Positions 16,875 through 25,939 of a stretch of 64,000 bases of DNA are shown here, one piece after another (the first letter of the stretch is position 1; every line of letters starts with the position of its first letter). The notes beneath the pieces are model-generated. The model was not told the DNA's origin, did not search any database, and worked only from the letters and a program-made list of their open reading frames with translations. Made by a program: the position numbers and the translations under genes. Source of the stretch: a virus (Duplodnaviria > Caudoviricetes); IMG/VR virus record IMGVR_UViG_3300043822_000021, positions 4,641-68,640 of that record; one strand, 5' to 3'.

Positions 16875-16939
16875 GTCGAAACTAGGCATTTGCCTAGTCT
16901 ATAGGGATTGGCTTCCCCTATACTGATGAGACAGGCCAA
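16875..16939 (+). ncRNA. Type II hammerhead ribozyme
   Basis: GTC-GAAA-CTAGGC(ATTT)GCCTAG-TC-TATAGGG(loop)CCCTATA-CTGATGA-GAC. The full catalytic core and GUC site (cleavage after 16899) are present. The stem I loop TTGGCTT can pair with the 3' AGGCCAA as a pseudoknot. Confidence 0.9.
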
Positions 16940-16996
16940 ACTGGAACGTAGACAATTTTCCCCGTTTGCGTTCCTTTTTTGTTGGGAGGAATGTAC

Positions 16997-17149
16997 ATGA
17001 AAAACAATATTGTCGTGTTTGATACGGAGTCTGAAGCACGTAAAGCGTGTGAATGGCTCAATAGTTTTATGGACGAACAGGAAACGGGCGTCCATTTTCA
17101 GGTTGTCGAAAAAGACGGCAAATATATCATTGCCGTTAGTTGTTTCTAA
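16997..17149 (+). CDS. Small early protein (50 aa, MKNNIVVFDTESEAR...)
   Basis: Manual translation; GGGAGG RBS. Confidence 0.6.
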   Translation: MKNNIVVFDTESEARKACEWLNSFMDEQETGVHFQVVEKDGKYIIAVSCF

Positions 17150-17155
17150 GTGTAT

Positions 17156-17199
17156 TGTGCTTTAGTCATGGGCACGTTAAAAGTAGCATGACTGCCATA
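17156..17199 (+). ncRNA. H-type pseudoknot motif, copy 2
   Basis: TGTGCT-T-TAGTCATG-GGCACG-TTAAAAGTAG-CATGACTG-CCATA, followed by a GCTATAGC hairpin and T-run. Confidence 0.8.
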
Positions 17200-17253
17200 T
17201 TGCTATAGCTCACTTGCTATAGCTATTTTTATTATTTGGAAAGGCGGGATTTT

Positions 17254-17484
17254 ATGTATTATGTTACTATGACCGACTCTTTTATGAGCGGTTGGGGAAT
17301 GGCAAAAAACAGGATTAATAAGTTTGTCGTCGCTTGTGAGAACTATTCACAGGCTGAAGAAATTGTTAAAAAGGCACACAAAAGGAGCGAAATGAAATAT
17401 GTTCGCATTGCGAGAAAAATGCCGTATTATTCTCCAAATCGGTACATAACAAGTTGGAGAAAATACAGGGAAATTCACTGGTAA
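17254..17484 (+). CDS. Conserved small phage early protein
   Basis: TDSFMSGWGMAKNRINKFVVAC...RSEMKYV, a pattern recalled from other phage early genes. Confidence 0.7.
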   Translation: MYYVTMTDSFMSGWGMAKNRINKFVVACENYSQAEEIVKKAHKRSEMKYVRIARKMPYYSPNRYITSWRKYREIHW

Positions 17485-17503
17485 TAAGGTTGAGTTTCCC
17501 TTA

Positions 17504-17537
17504 TGTGCTACGGTGTCACACTAAACCACCGTCCATA
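17504..17537 (+). ncRNA. H-type pseudoknot motif, short variant (copy 4)
   Basis: TGTG-CT-ACGGTG-T-CACA-CTAAAC-CACCGT-CCATA, followed by a CCTATC/GATAGG hairpin and T-run. Confidence 0.55.
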
Positions 17538-17591
17538 CTGCCTATCTTATAACTGGATAGGTTATTTTTGTTTTTGAAAGGTGGAATTTAC

Positions 17592-17792
17592 ATGAAAAAA
17601 GAAGAAATGCTGAATGAACTCATCTATGGAGTTGCTTATTGGATGGCGAAAATGATAATCGCCAAATCAGAGGATGAAAAAAAGTTTTTCTCTAAAGTTA
17701 TGCATGAGGAAGAAAAAAATGTTGCCGATATTATTGGCGATATAGCCCTTGAAAGGGCTATGAAATATGTAGAGGACGGTGATGTGAAGTAG
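17592..17792 (+). CDS. Small early hypothetical protein
   Basis: MKKEEMLNELIYG... with an AAGGTGG RBS. Confidence 0.6.
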   Translation: MKKEEMLNELIYGVAYWMAKMIIAKSEDEKKFFSKVMHEEEKNVADIIGDIALERAMKYVEDGDVK

Positions 17793-17800
17793 TTTAAGTA

Positions 17801-17844
17801 TGTCGTTTGGTTGTGGCGACGTTAAAAGTAGCACAACCACCATA
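17801..17844 (+). ncRNA. H-type pseudoknot motif, copy 3
   Basis: TGTCGT-T-TGGTTGTG-GCGACG-TTAAAAGTAG-CACAACCA-CCATA, followed by an AGGCACT/AGTGCCT hairpin and T-run. Confidence 0.8.
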
Positions 17845-17897
17845 CTAGGCACTTTATGTGAGTGCCTGTTTTTAATTGTCTATAGGAGGAATATACC

Positions 17898-19187
17898 ATG
17901 ACATTTAAACCTGTTACAAACGAAGAATTGAAGGAAAATTTCAACTTTAACAAATTGAGCTGTATTTTAGCTGAATATAATTTCAGCGTTATCAAGGACG
18001 AAGAAGGCAAAATATACTTCAGTGAAGACGGAATTAATCCAGCCATTTGTCCTGAATGTGGCGAATATATTCAGGCAACAGACGATAAATGGGCCTTAGA
18101 AAAATTCGGTACAGACGTATATCACTATGAATGTGGCGATTTCTGTTCGGATTGCGATGAATGGTTTCCCAATAGTTATCTTACAGATGTAGGCAACAGC
18201 ACATTCATTTGTGATGATTGTTTCTCTGATAACTGGGAAATATGCCATTCATGCGATGAATATTTTCGCCGTGAAGATGGGTATGAGGGAGACGATGGTG
18301 AGTGGTATTGTGAATGTTGTGCACAGGATTACTATGTGTGCGACAATTGCGGCAGATTACTTGTGGAATGTGACTTAGTAGATGAAGACGGCGACCATTA
18401 TTGCCGCCAATGCCGTGATGACGGTTATGGCAATTGGGAAACAGAAGCTTTATCGGATTACCATTGCGGACGTAAAAACGTATTTATTTCCACTGGCAGT
18501 ACACATAATTCCCCGTATCAGGGAAATTCATATATTGGTATTGAGATGGAGTTCGAGTACTTAGAAACTGCACTTGCAGAGGCATTACCTGAACAATTTA
18601 AAGCTGAAGAGGACGGCTCAGTCCGTTGTGGATATGAGCTTATTTCTGATGCTATGACGTTTAACTATTGGAAACAGGCCATTGATTTAGATGAGCTGAT
18701 TGAAGCCGTAAACCTCTATGGTGGTTGTGCTGGTACAAGTGCTGGTATTCACCTAAACATCAGCACTCACAACATGAGTGTAGAACAGAGAGCGGAAATT
18801 ATCCGCTTTGTATATGAAAACTGGGATTCCTTGATTAAGTTCGGACGTCGGCCCCTTTTAGAAGGGAATTATTACAAATGTCCGCCGGAATGTGATGACA
18901 ATATTTCTTTATTACGTAAGTGTGCGTACCATTGTTGTGGTACAAACACTTCTCATCGGAACCGCATGGAATTGCGGTTTTTCAATTCAAGTATTGATGC
19001 AGACCATATTTGGGCCATTCTTGAATTTGGGCACTGCATTATGGAAATTGTCAAGGCATGTGAAGCCTTGACATGGGATTCTATTATCGAGTACGCCGAA
19101 AAGGACGGTGATTGTGAACATCTGATTAATGAATATAGAAACAACTTTGAGTCTGAAGAACGTAATGAAATTATTTCTAATTGCTAA
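17898..19187 (+). CDS. Putative amidoligase (COOH-NH2 ligase) with N-terminal CxxC repeats
   Basis: YIGIEMEF, EEDGSVRCGYELIS, AGIHLNIS and RMELRFFNSS motifs; about 7 CxxC zinc-knuckle units upstream. Confidence 0.8.
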   Translation: MTFKPVTNEELKENFNFNKLSCILAEYNFSVIKDEEGKIYFSEDGINPAICPECGEYIQATDDKWALEKFGTDVYHYECGDFCSDCDEWFPNSYLTDVGNSTFICDDCFSDNWEICHSCDEYFRREDGYEGDDGEWYCECCAQDYYVCDNCGRLLVECDLVDEDGDHYCRQCRDDGYGNWETEALSDYHCGRKNVFISTGSTHNSPYQGNSYIGIEMEFEYLETALAEALPEQFKAEEDGSVRCGYELISDAMTFNYWKQAIDLDELIEAVNLYGGCAGTSAGIHLNISTHNMSVEQRAEIIRFVYENWDSLIKFGRRPLLEGNYYKCPPECDDNISLLRKCAYHCCGTNTSHRNRMELRFFNSSIDADHIWAILEFGHCIMEIVKACEALTWDSIIEYAEKDGDCEHLINEYRNNFESEERNEIISNC

Positions 19188-19208
19188 TTGCTAAAAGGAG
19201 GAAATATC

Positions 19209-21011
19209 ATGAGTTGGAAATTTGGTTTAGGAAAACATGTAGTAGTAAATGATAGTTTGTGTGTTGTAATTTCCCGTGAATGTGGGGAATATGAACTAAA
19301 GATATGTGGCGTAGACCGTTACTATCATGGGGTTCGTGCTAAATGTATGGAAGAAGTAATAAAAATCGAGTTTATATATACTGGCAAAACAGATTTTGAC
19401 CTTGAATATGGAGAAAAGTACATAGGATATTTGTGTACTAATAATGGCCGTATCTATTTAGAAAATGGAGAAAATTTTAGATATGAATATACTATGTCTC
19501 CAAAACAATTTGAAACCTTGCAAAAGGTGGAATTTGTTTGTGTAAAAGAACCAGTAGAAACACGGCATATGAGAAGGCCAGTATTTATCGGCCGGAAATG
19601 CCATTTAATCCCTACTAAGAACTACGAACCATTTCTCTTACTAAGGGATGAGGAACCTCGTGTATCGGAATACTTGTCAAAACCGCTGGTTGAATTTGAT
19701 GAGTATTTTTATATTGATGAGCATGAAGGCCATTGCTATCAATTACACAATGGTCACCGTCTCGATAGAGATTGGTCGTTTTGGATTGGTGGGGATTGTC
19801 TAGAAAGAATTACAGGCCATCACATCTTATGCCCTACGTGCGGGGAATTTACACGTCCGGATGATTTAAAAATAGTTGGCAAGAGCCTTGTTTGCCCTGA
19901 GTGTGCCAATGACATAGTTACCAGCTGGATTAGCGGGGAACCAATTCCCCGTAGAGCGGCCAGAAAAATAAATACCCATGAGGGAACAAAGTATGTATAT
20001 TGGTCGGAATGGGCGGATGAAATCCTGTATCCTGATGATGACCCTGAATATGCATACAAAGAAGGGGTGATGTTTGTTGATGGTCACTTATTTACAGAAG
20101 CATATGTAAACGAAAAACTGGAAAGTGGCGAATATATCAAATGCTCACGTTGTGGCAATATATTCCCAGCCAGCAATGTTATAGAAACCGATGACGGTGA
20201 ATACATATGCAATAATTGCATGGATGACTACATTGGTGAATATCATTCTAGCCCTGTAACAACTTTTATTAGTTCAGACGAAAAAAGTATGAGACTGTTC
20301 GGTAATGAACCGTTCTTTGGTGTTGAACATGAACTAGGATATGTAGGCAGAGAGAACAATAAACTTGCCTACACATTGACGAATAAATTTAACCGTCATT
20401 GTGAGCATGACTCATCGGTGCCTAAAGGATTTGAAGTTATTTCACAGCCCATGACGTTTGACCGCTGGAAAAACGAAAACATGGCTGAATATATGGCCCT
20501 GTTAAAAGAAAATGGCTATGATGACAGTGATGAAACAGGTATCCACGTACATATAAGCACGCAAAACTTAAATAAGCACGGGATAGCTGAAATATGCCAG
20601 TTTGTCTATGAAAATTACAATGCCCTAATTAAGTTTGGTAGAAGAAACCCTGATGTAACTGGTTATTTCCAGTATATTAATCTTACAGACCCCTTCCTTA
20701 ATGACGAGTTCATAATAGATACCAACAACAGTAGCAGATATCATGCTGTAAACACACGTCATTTAGATGAAAAGAACATCGAATTACGCTTTTTCGCTTC
20801 CACCAATGATGAAAGTCACTTTTGGGCCATTTTGGAATTTTGTTACTGCCTCGAAAAATCAGCAGAGAAAGGAAGTGTAAATTGGGACACAATCACCCAA
20901 ATTGCTGAAGAAGATGGCAGATGCGAAAACTTTTTGAAGGAGGTGAACGATAAATTTGATAATGATTGGACAAGCAAATATTACTATTGTGTAGATGAAC
21001 ATTCTAATTAA
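19209..21011 (+). CDS. Second putative amidoligase with CxxC domains
   Basis: FFGVEHELG, HDSSVPKGFEVISQP, TGIHVHIS, SRYHAVN and IELRFFAST motifs. Confidence 0.82.
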   Translation: MSWKFGLGKHVVVNDSLCVVISRECGEYELKICGVDRYYHGVRAKCMEEVIKIEFIYTGKTDFDLEYGEKYIGYLCTNNGRIYLENGENFRYEYTMSPKQFETLQKVEFVCVKEPVETRHMRRPVFIGRKCHLIPTKNYEPFLLLRDEEPRVSEYLSKPLVEFDEYFYIDEHEGHCYQLHNGHRLDRDWSFWIGGDCLERITGHHILCPTCGEFTRPDDLKIVGKSLVCPECANDIVTSWISGEPIPRRAARKINTHEGTKYVYWSEWADEILYPDDDPEYAYKEGVMFVDGHLFTEAYVNEKLESGEYIKCSRCGNIFPASNVIETDDGEYICNNCMDDYIGEYHSSPVTTFISSDEKSMRLFGNEPFFGVEHELGYVGRENNKLAYTLTNKFNRHCEHDSSVPKGFEVISQPMTFDRWKNENMAEYMALLKENGYDDSDETGIHVHISTQNLNKHGIAEICQFVYENYNALIKFGRRNPDVTGYFQYINLTDPFLNDEFIIDTNNSSRYHAVNTRHLDEKNIELRFFASTNDESHFWAILEFCYCLEKSAEKGSVNWDTITQIAEEDGRCENFLKEVNDKFDNDWTSKYYYCVDEHSN

Positions 21012-21037
21012 TTGACAACGAAAAGGAGAAATGAAAT

Positions 21038-22003
21038 ATGTGCATTATAGCTGTATACAAAAAAGGTGTAAAACTCGACAAAAACGAACTGAAAACTTGC
21101 TTTACCAATAATCATGATGGGGCTGGCATGATGTGGCAGGAGATGGGAAAGGTTAATATTTTAAAAGGATATATGGACTTTGATTCGTTCTGGGAAGTCG
21201 CTAAAACCCTACCTACAAATGTGGACAGGGCTTTTCATTTCAGAATTGCGACATCCGGTAAAGTTAGCGCCGCTTGTTGTCACCCGTTTGAAGTGTGTGA
21301 CGATTATAAGAGAATGGCGTTGTCTGATAACGTGTGTGATGTAGCATTTATGCATAACGGTATATTGAGTGAATTTACTCCAAAAGGAGGCATGAAAGCG
21401 TCTCACTCCGATAGTATGGAATTTGGCAAGGTAATCTTGAATGGCGTAAAAGATGTCATAGACAATCAGACAGTACGTGATTTAATCGAGTTATACACAA
21501 CTTCCCGATTTGCAATTATGACCCCTAGTAAAGTGTATCTGCTAGGCTCATTTGAACAGAGTGTAAACTCAAAAGCTTTTTACTCAAACAGTACTTACAA
21601 AGAAAGCCGGTACACCAGCTGGCTCAAAGATTATCGTGGATACGACGATTATGGATACTATGGTTACGGTAGTAGTAAATATTATCCCGTTTGTAAGTTG
21701 TCTACTGCTGATGCAAATACAAAAAAATTATCTTCTGGATCTGATTATGAGTATGACAGATGGGAATATGACCAGTGTTTAAGAGTCCGCAACAATAAAT
21801 ACACAGATAAAGGAGTCGATGAAATTATAAGATGCGCTGAAAAGCAGTTACACATTGAGATTTACGATTACCAGACAGATGAAGATGAAATTCTATTCTT
21901 CTTTAATGGCACCTGCCCTGATTATGGTTGCTTGAAATTGGACAAGAAATACAAAATGAACCCCATTGAGTTTTCTGTAATCTACGTTGACGATACCTTT
22001 TAA
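21038..22003 (+). CDS. Class II (Ntn) glutamine amidotransferase
   Basis: N-terminal MCIIA (catalytic Cys2), NHDGAG, HFRIATSG, CHPF, HNG and SDS motifs. Confidence 0.88.
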   Translation: MCIIAVYKKGVKLDKNELKTCFTNNHDGAGMMWQEMGKVNILKGYMDFDSFWEVAKTLPTNVDRAFHFRIATSGKVSAACCHPFEVCDDYKRMALSDNVCDVAFMHNGILSEFTPKGGMKASHSDSMEFGKVILNGVKDVIDNQTVRDLIELYTTSRFAIMTPSKVYLLGSFEQSVNSKAFYSNSTYKESRYTSWLKDYRGYDDYGYYGYGSSKYYPVCKLSTADANTKKLSSGSDYEYDRWEYDQCLRVRNNKYTDKGVDEIIRCAEKQLHIEIYDYQTDEDEILFFFNGTCPDYGCLKLDKKYKMNPIEFSVIYVDDTF

Positions 22004-22016
22004 TAGGAGGTAAATT

Positions 22017-22145
22017 ATGAAAATAAATATATGGAACGACCTGTTCTGCCCCACGATAGAAATTATCGTTGGGGCAGTTTTAATATCTGGATATTTCTTA
22101 TTGGTTGAATTTCTGGCAGACTTTTTTGCCAATCTTGTGAAATGA
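22017..22145 (+). CDS. Small membrane protein (42 aa)
   Basis: Manual translation MKINIWNDLFCPTIEIIVGAVLISGYFLLVEF...; AGGAGG RBS and one hydrophobic span. Confidence 0.5.
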   Translation: MKINIWNDLFCPTIEIIVGAVLISGYFLLVEFLADFFANLVK

Positions 22146-22155
22146 GGTCGGTTAT

Positions 22156-22374
22156 ATGAATCCGGAAGATAAAAAATGGGAAGACACACTTAAAGCAACA
22201 AAAGACTTTTTGAAAGCACTGGAAAATACCACATCTGAAGAAGAGTTAGAAAAATTACGTGACAGGATGGATTTATTGCAAGCGCAATACAGTAATAACC
22301 CCGCTTATTATGCACTATTGCAAATGAAACTACTGGAAAAGAAAGCCTTATTACACGATAAGGAAAGGAGCTGA
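22156..22374 (+). CDS. Hypothetical protein
   Basis: 72-aa helical ORF with RBS, in operon order. Confidence 0.6.
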   Translation: MNPEDKKWEDTLKATKDFLKALENTTSEEELEKLRDRMDLLQAQYSNNPAYYALLQMKLLEKKALLHDKERS

Positions 22375-22380
22375 GGGATA

Positions 22381-22566
22381 ATGTACGAATTAGAAAATCC
22401 AATGGTTTCTGGTGCGGGGTTTGCACCTGAAAAGCCAGAACATGAATACACATTACTTATCAGTGGTTATGTCACCGTAAATGCTTCTAGTTTTGAAGAA
22501 GCTAAATATTTAGCCGACGTTATGGATATGGAAGTACAAGACATTGAATTAGTCGATTACGAATAG
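22381..22566 (+). CDS. Hypothetical protein
   Basis: 61-aa acidic ORF with RBS. Confidence 0.6.
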   Translation: MYELENPMVSGAGFAPEKPEHEYTLLISGYVTVNASSFEEAKYLADVMDMEVQDIELVDYE

Positions 22567-22576
22567 GAGGATTACT

Positions 22577-23014
22577 ATGAACATTACAAAAGAACAGGCA
22601 AAAATGGCATTATCCGTATTAACTGCGTATGTAGAAGGCACAAGCAGTGCGGATTTGGGCATCAGTACAAAATGTTTATTAAAACTACAAGATTCTAGTG
22701 ATTTTATAAAACTTTTTGTGGATATGACCCAAGACAGGAACTTGCCAATAACTTACTACTATATGGAGGAATTTGACGACATTTTCCGTGACGTTTTACC
22801 CTTTGATGTAGCCAGAGGTATAGTGTATGGCAAGTTTGATCCAACTGACGACTTCTTTTATCTTACATGTGACAATGAAATTAAAAGCGTATCGACATAT
22901 TATTTATTACCAGTGGCGTATGAACATTTTAATGAAGTACTGGAATATGTAATTGACACAAACAGAGTAAACGAATTAATAAAGAATTTGGAAAAATGTG
23001 ATAAAAAGGGGTGA
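22577..23014 (+). CDS. Hypothetical protein
   Basis: 145-aa ORF with an AGGAGG RBS. Confidence 0.65.
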   Translation: MNITKEQAKMALSVLTAYVEGTSSADLGISTKCLLKLQDSSDFIKLFVDMTQDRNLPITYYYMEEFDDIFRDVLPFDVARGIVYGKFDPTDDFFYLTCDNEIKSVSTYYLLPVAYEHFNEVLEYVIDTNRVNELIKNLEKCDKKG

Positions 23015-23048
23015 AAACACATAGAAAAATGTGATAGGAGGCGTTGCA

Positions 23049-23504
23049 ATGGCATATACATACAAACTAAAATTATACGTTGATGGGAGTTGGGCAAAAG
23101 AAGAGAACAATTACACATGGGCGTTTATTGCAGTCAAGGGAAGGAAGTGTATACACCAGTCCTCCGGTATGGGGACTAATGATAAGGCCCGTAGAATGAA
23201 ACATGTAGCGGGGGAACTCTCCGCCGCCATGAGAGCTGTCAAATGGGCCGTTGACAACGGTTATGAAAAGTTTGAGTTGTACTATGACTTTGAAGGCATT
23301 GAACTACTTACCCATGTACAAGGGAATCGCATTTTTACCCGTAAGTACCATCAATTTATTTCTAAATATCTTGATAGAATTACATTTGTTAAAGTAAAGT
23401 CTCATGTAGAGGATAAAGATGAGACTAAGTATAAATGGAACAATATGGTTGATAAACTAGCTAGTTCCGTTTGCAGTAATGACTCAGTAGAGATTCCATG
23501 GTAG
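23049..23504 (+). CDS. Ribonuclease HI-like protein
   Basis: YVDGS, VAGELSAAMRAVKWA, YYDFEG, VKVKSH and NNMVDKLA give the D-E-D-D RNase H catalytic set. Confidence 0.85.
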   Translation: MAYTYKLKLYVDGSWAKEENNYTWAFIAVKGRKCIHQSSGMGTNDKARRMKHVAGELSAAMRAVKWAVDNGYEKFELYYDFEGIELLTHVQGNRIFTRKYHQFISKYLDRITFVKVKSHVEDKDETKYKWNNMVDKLASSVCSNDSVEIPW

Positions 23505-23518
23505 GAGGTGTAATGGTA

Positions 23519-23740
23519 ATGTATACAGCAATATTAAAACTCGTAACAGGCGAAGAAGTATATTATGGGAATTTTGAAGAACGCATCCCGGCAGTGACGC
23601 TTCTTTTAGAAATTAAAGATAAGCCTATTATTCCCGTTAAAGAAAAAACAGGAAGAACATTATTTATTTATACAGACAAAGTTATCGGAACCACTAAATA
23701 CCAAAAGAAAATATTACCACAAGAGAAAATATTTCAATAA
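23519..23740 (+). CDS. Hypothetical protein
   Basis: Small ORF after a GGAGGT RBS. Confidence 0.55.
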   Translation: MYTAILKLVTGEEVYYGNFEERIPAVTLLLEIKDKPIIPVKEKTGRTLFIYTDKVIGTTKYQKKILPQEKIFQ

Positions 23741-23753
23741 GGAGGGTTAAACA

Positions 23754-24026
23754 ATGTACCAGAAATATAGTAAACCCAAATTAGACATGCGTTATATATA
23801 CAAATGCGAAAAAGAACGTAACGGTTTTCCTTATCGTTTCCCCATCAGAAAATGGAAAAAAGAGATAAATAAAAAATATTATGCGTGGGTAGACGTGTCC
23901 CTATCCGGCATTGATGAAGAGTTCGACATTGATAAAGAAGGTGGACTAGACTTTAATAACATATACGTTTGCGAATATTATTATTTTTTAAAAAAGAATG
24001 GTGAAGTCGGTTGCGAGTACAATTAA
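23754..24026 (+). CDS. Hypothetical protein
   Basis: 90-aa ORF with a GGAGG RBS. Confidence 0.55.
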   Translation: MYQKYSKPKLDMRYIYKCEKERNGFPYRFPIRKWKKEINKKYYAWVDVSLSGIDEEFDIDKEGGLDFNNIYVCEYYYFLKKNGEVGCEYN

Positions 24027-25192
24027 AAGAACATCAAAAAACTGCTGTCAAATGGATACAGGAACATGGATACCAGTGCATGTTGTGTGACGATATGGGG
24101 TTAGGCAAAACCGCCACCGCTTTATCCGGTATTGCTGGATGGTTGGATATGGGCAGATATTTAATTGTCTGCCCTGCCTCCCTTAAACTGAACTGGTGCC
24201 ATGAAATAAAAATGTGGTTAGATATTGACACTGTACCAGACAATATGACAGATTATCCTATTGCAGTGACAAATTATGAACGTTTGGGGGCGTATAAGGA
24301 TATTATAAAAGAACAGAACTTTATTGGTGCCATATTTGACGAGTCTCATTACCTTAAAAATCCGAACAGTACAAGGACAAAGCTTGCCATCGAATTGTGC
24401 CGATACATTGCATTTGTTATGCTTTTATCCGGTACTCCTATGGTTTCTGGCCCAGCTGATTTGGCACCGCAACTTGATGTGTTACGTTTATTGCCAGATT
24501 TTGGTGGTTATATGAAATTTTATCGTAGATACTGTAACCCAGTGCAAACGCCATATGGCTGGGACTTCACTGGGGCTTCACATATAGCAGAGTTGCACAA
24601 AAAGTTAAAAAAGTTTATGATAAGAAGAACAAAGGAAGAATGTGGTATTAATCTTCCACCGAAACAAATTATTGATATCCCTGTAACAAACTGTATACAG
24701 CCGTATGCACACACATTGCAGGATATGGAGTTACAACAGCAGATGGTTAATGACGTTAAATACCCTTATGCTGTTGATTTTATTAATAACCTGTTACTTT
24801 CTGGCAAACGACCAGTTGTGTTTGTTCATCATAAAAACTTAATGAAAGACCTGATGGACAAGTATGGGAATATAGCAGTCAATATCTATGGAGGGCAAAC
24901 AGCAGAAGAAAGAGAATGTGCGGTTAGGAGGTTCCAGAACGAGGAAGTAGCACTTATCTTCTGCTCTCTGCAAGCGTCTGCAACTGGTATTACATTAACT
25001 AGCAGTGATACAGCCGTGTTCCTAGAATATCTATGGTCGCCATCAATATCTAAACAGGCACAGGACAGGATACACCGCATATCACAAACGAGGCCAGTAA
25101 CCATTTATAACTTGTATTGCCCCGGATCAATAGAGTCACAAAAGGAAATTCGTTCGTATATCAAGGAATTAGATATGGAGGGAGTGCTATGA
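24011..25192 (+). CDS. SNF2-family helicase/ATPase
   Basis: DDMGLGKT, DESH, LSGTP, GITLT and QAQDRIHRI SF2 motifs. Confidence 0.9.
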   Translation: MRVQLKEHQKTAVKWIQEHGYQCMLCDDMGLGKTATALSGIAGWLDMGRYLIVCPASLKLNWCHEIKMWLDIDTVPDNMTDYPIAVTNYERLGAYKDIIKEQNFIGAIFDESHYLKNPNSTRTKLAIELCRYIAFVMLLSGTPMVSGPADLAPQLDVLRLLPDFGGYMKFYRRYCNPVQTPYGWDFTGASHIAELHKKLKKFMIRRTKEECGINLPPKQIIDIPVTNCIQPYAHTLQDMELQQQMVNDVKYPYAVDFINNLLLSGKRPVVFVHHKNLMKDLMDKYGNIAVNIYGGQTAEERECAVRRFQNEEVALIFCSLQASATGITLTSSDTAVFLEYLWSPSISKQAQDRIHRISQTRPVTIYNLYCPGSIESQKEIRSYIKELDMEGVL

Positions 25193-25461
25193 AAAAATTT
25201 TTCCTAATGATTGCGTTATTGTTAATGCCAGTAACCGCCCCAATAATTGTTAGTCCAGTGCAGGTACAAGCATATGGGGGCACGTATGAACAAGGATATG
25301 AAATGGGATACAAAACTGGACTGAGAACAGGCAATCTAGAATTAAATTACGACAGATACTTTTATCGTAGGTCAGCAGATTACATAGCCGGGTTTAGTAA
25401 CGGTTTATGCGACGGGGTAGAAGAATATGAAGCGGTACACGGCCATATTAATCACATTTAA
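25189..25461 (+). CDS. Secreted/exported hypothetical protein
   Basis: MKKFFLMIALLLMPV...VQA signal-like N-terminus; GYE.GY repeats. Confidence 0.6.
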   Translation: MKKFFLMIALLLMPVTAPIIVSPVQVQAYGGTYEQGYEMGYKTGLRTGNLELNYDRYFYRRSADYIAGFSNGLCDGVEEYEAVHGHINHI

Positions 25462-25463
25462 AT

Positions 25464-25500
25464 AAAAAAAATAGCCGGGGATATTATTCCCCGGCTTCTT
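25464..25500. terminator. Bidirectional terminator between convergent blocks
   Basis: AGCCGGGGA/TCCCCGGCT stem flanked by an A-run and TTCTT. Confidence 0.7.
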
Positions 25501-25939
25501 CATTTTCTAACTCTTTTGTGAATCTGGACAAGGTATCTCTTGATACCCTCGATTCAATCGACACGTATTTAGCGCTTTCAGTCTGATTTTTGGATACTGG
25601 ATTAAGTCCTGCTCTATCCAATATATCCTTTGTTGCCTGAAATTTAACGGCATCTGATGTACTGTTTCTCGCTAAGTCTAACATATTCTGTCTCATTTCT
25701 TCAGCATCATCCATAAACTTTATTTCCATCTGTTTCCGCCTATCAGCCAATGCTTCCTGAACGGCCTGATAATCTTCTGGTCTGGATGATTTAGGATACC
25801 CCGCCGCTTTCAGTGCCAACTGTCTATTATTCGTTGTTACCAGTGTATCTACGAATGTCTGTTGCCGTAAGTTAGGTTTTCTCTTTTTCTTCCTCCCCGG
25901 CTTTTTCAAGACATCCAGTTGCGGATTCTTATTAATCAA
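25484..25939 (-). CDS. Terminase small subunit-like protein
   Basis: N(L)RQQTFVD...ALKAAGY HTH and VKFQATKDILDRAG motif typical of TerS. Confidence 0.7.
   Translation of the reverse strand: MINKNPQLDVLKKPGRKKKRKPNLRQQTFVDTLVTTNNRQLALKAAGYPKSSRPEDYQAVQEALADRRKQMEIKFMDDAEEMRQNMLDLARNSTSDAVKFQATKDILDRAGLNPVSKNQTESAKYVSIESRVSRDTLSRFTKELENEEAGE

Noticed and set aside
16279-17844. The repeated TTAAAAGTAG units as a CRISPR array or as pistol, HDV/theta, preQ1 or SAM-II RNAs
   Set aside because: The units are separated by genes and are not regularly spaced, and there are no cas genes. They lack pistol P2/P3 and the HDV nested P3/P1.1, and do not match the ligand-binding consensus of preQ1-I or SAM-II.
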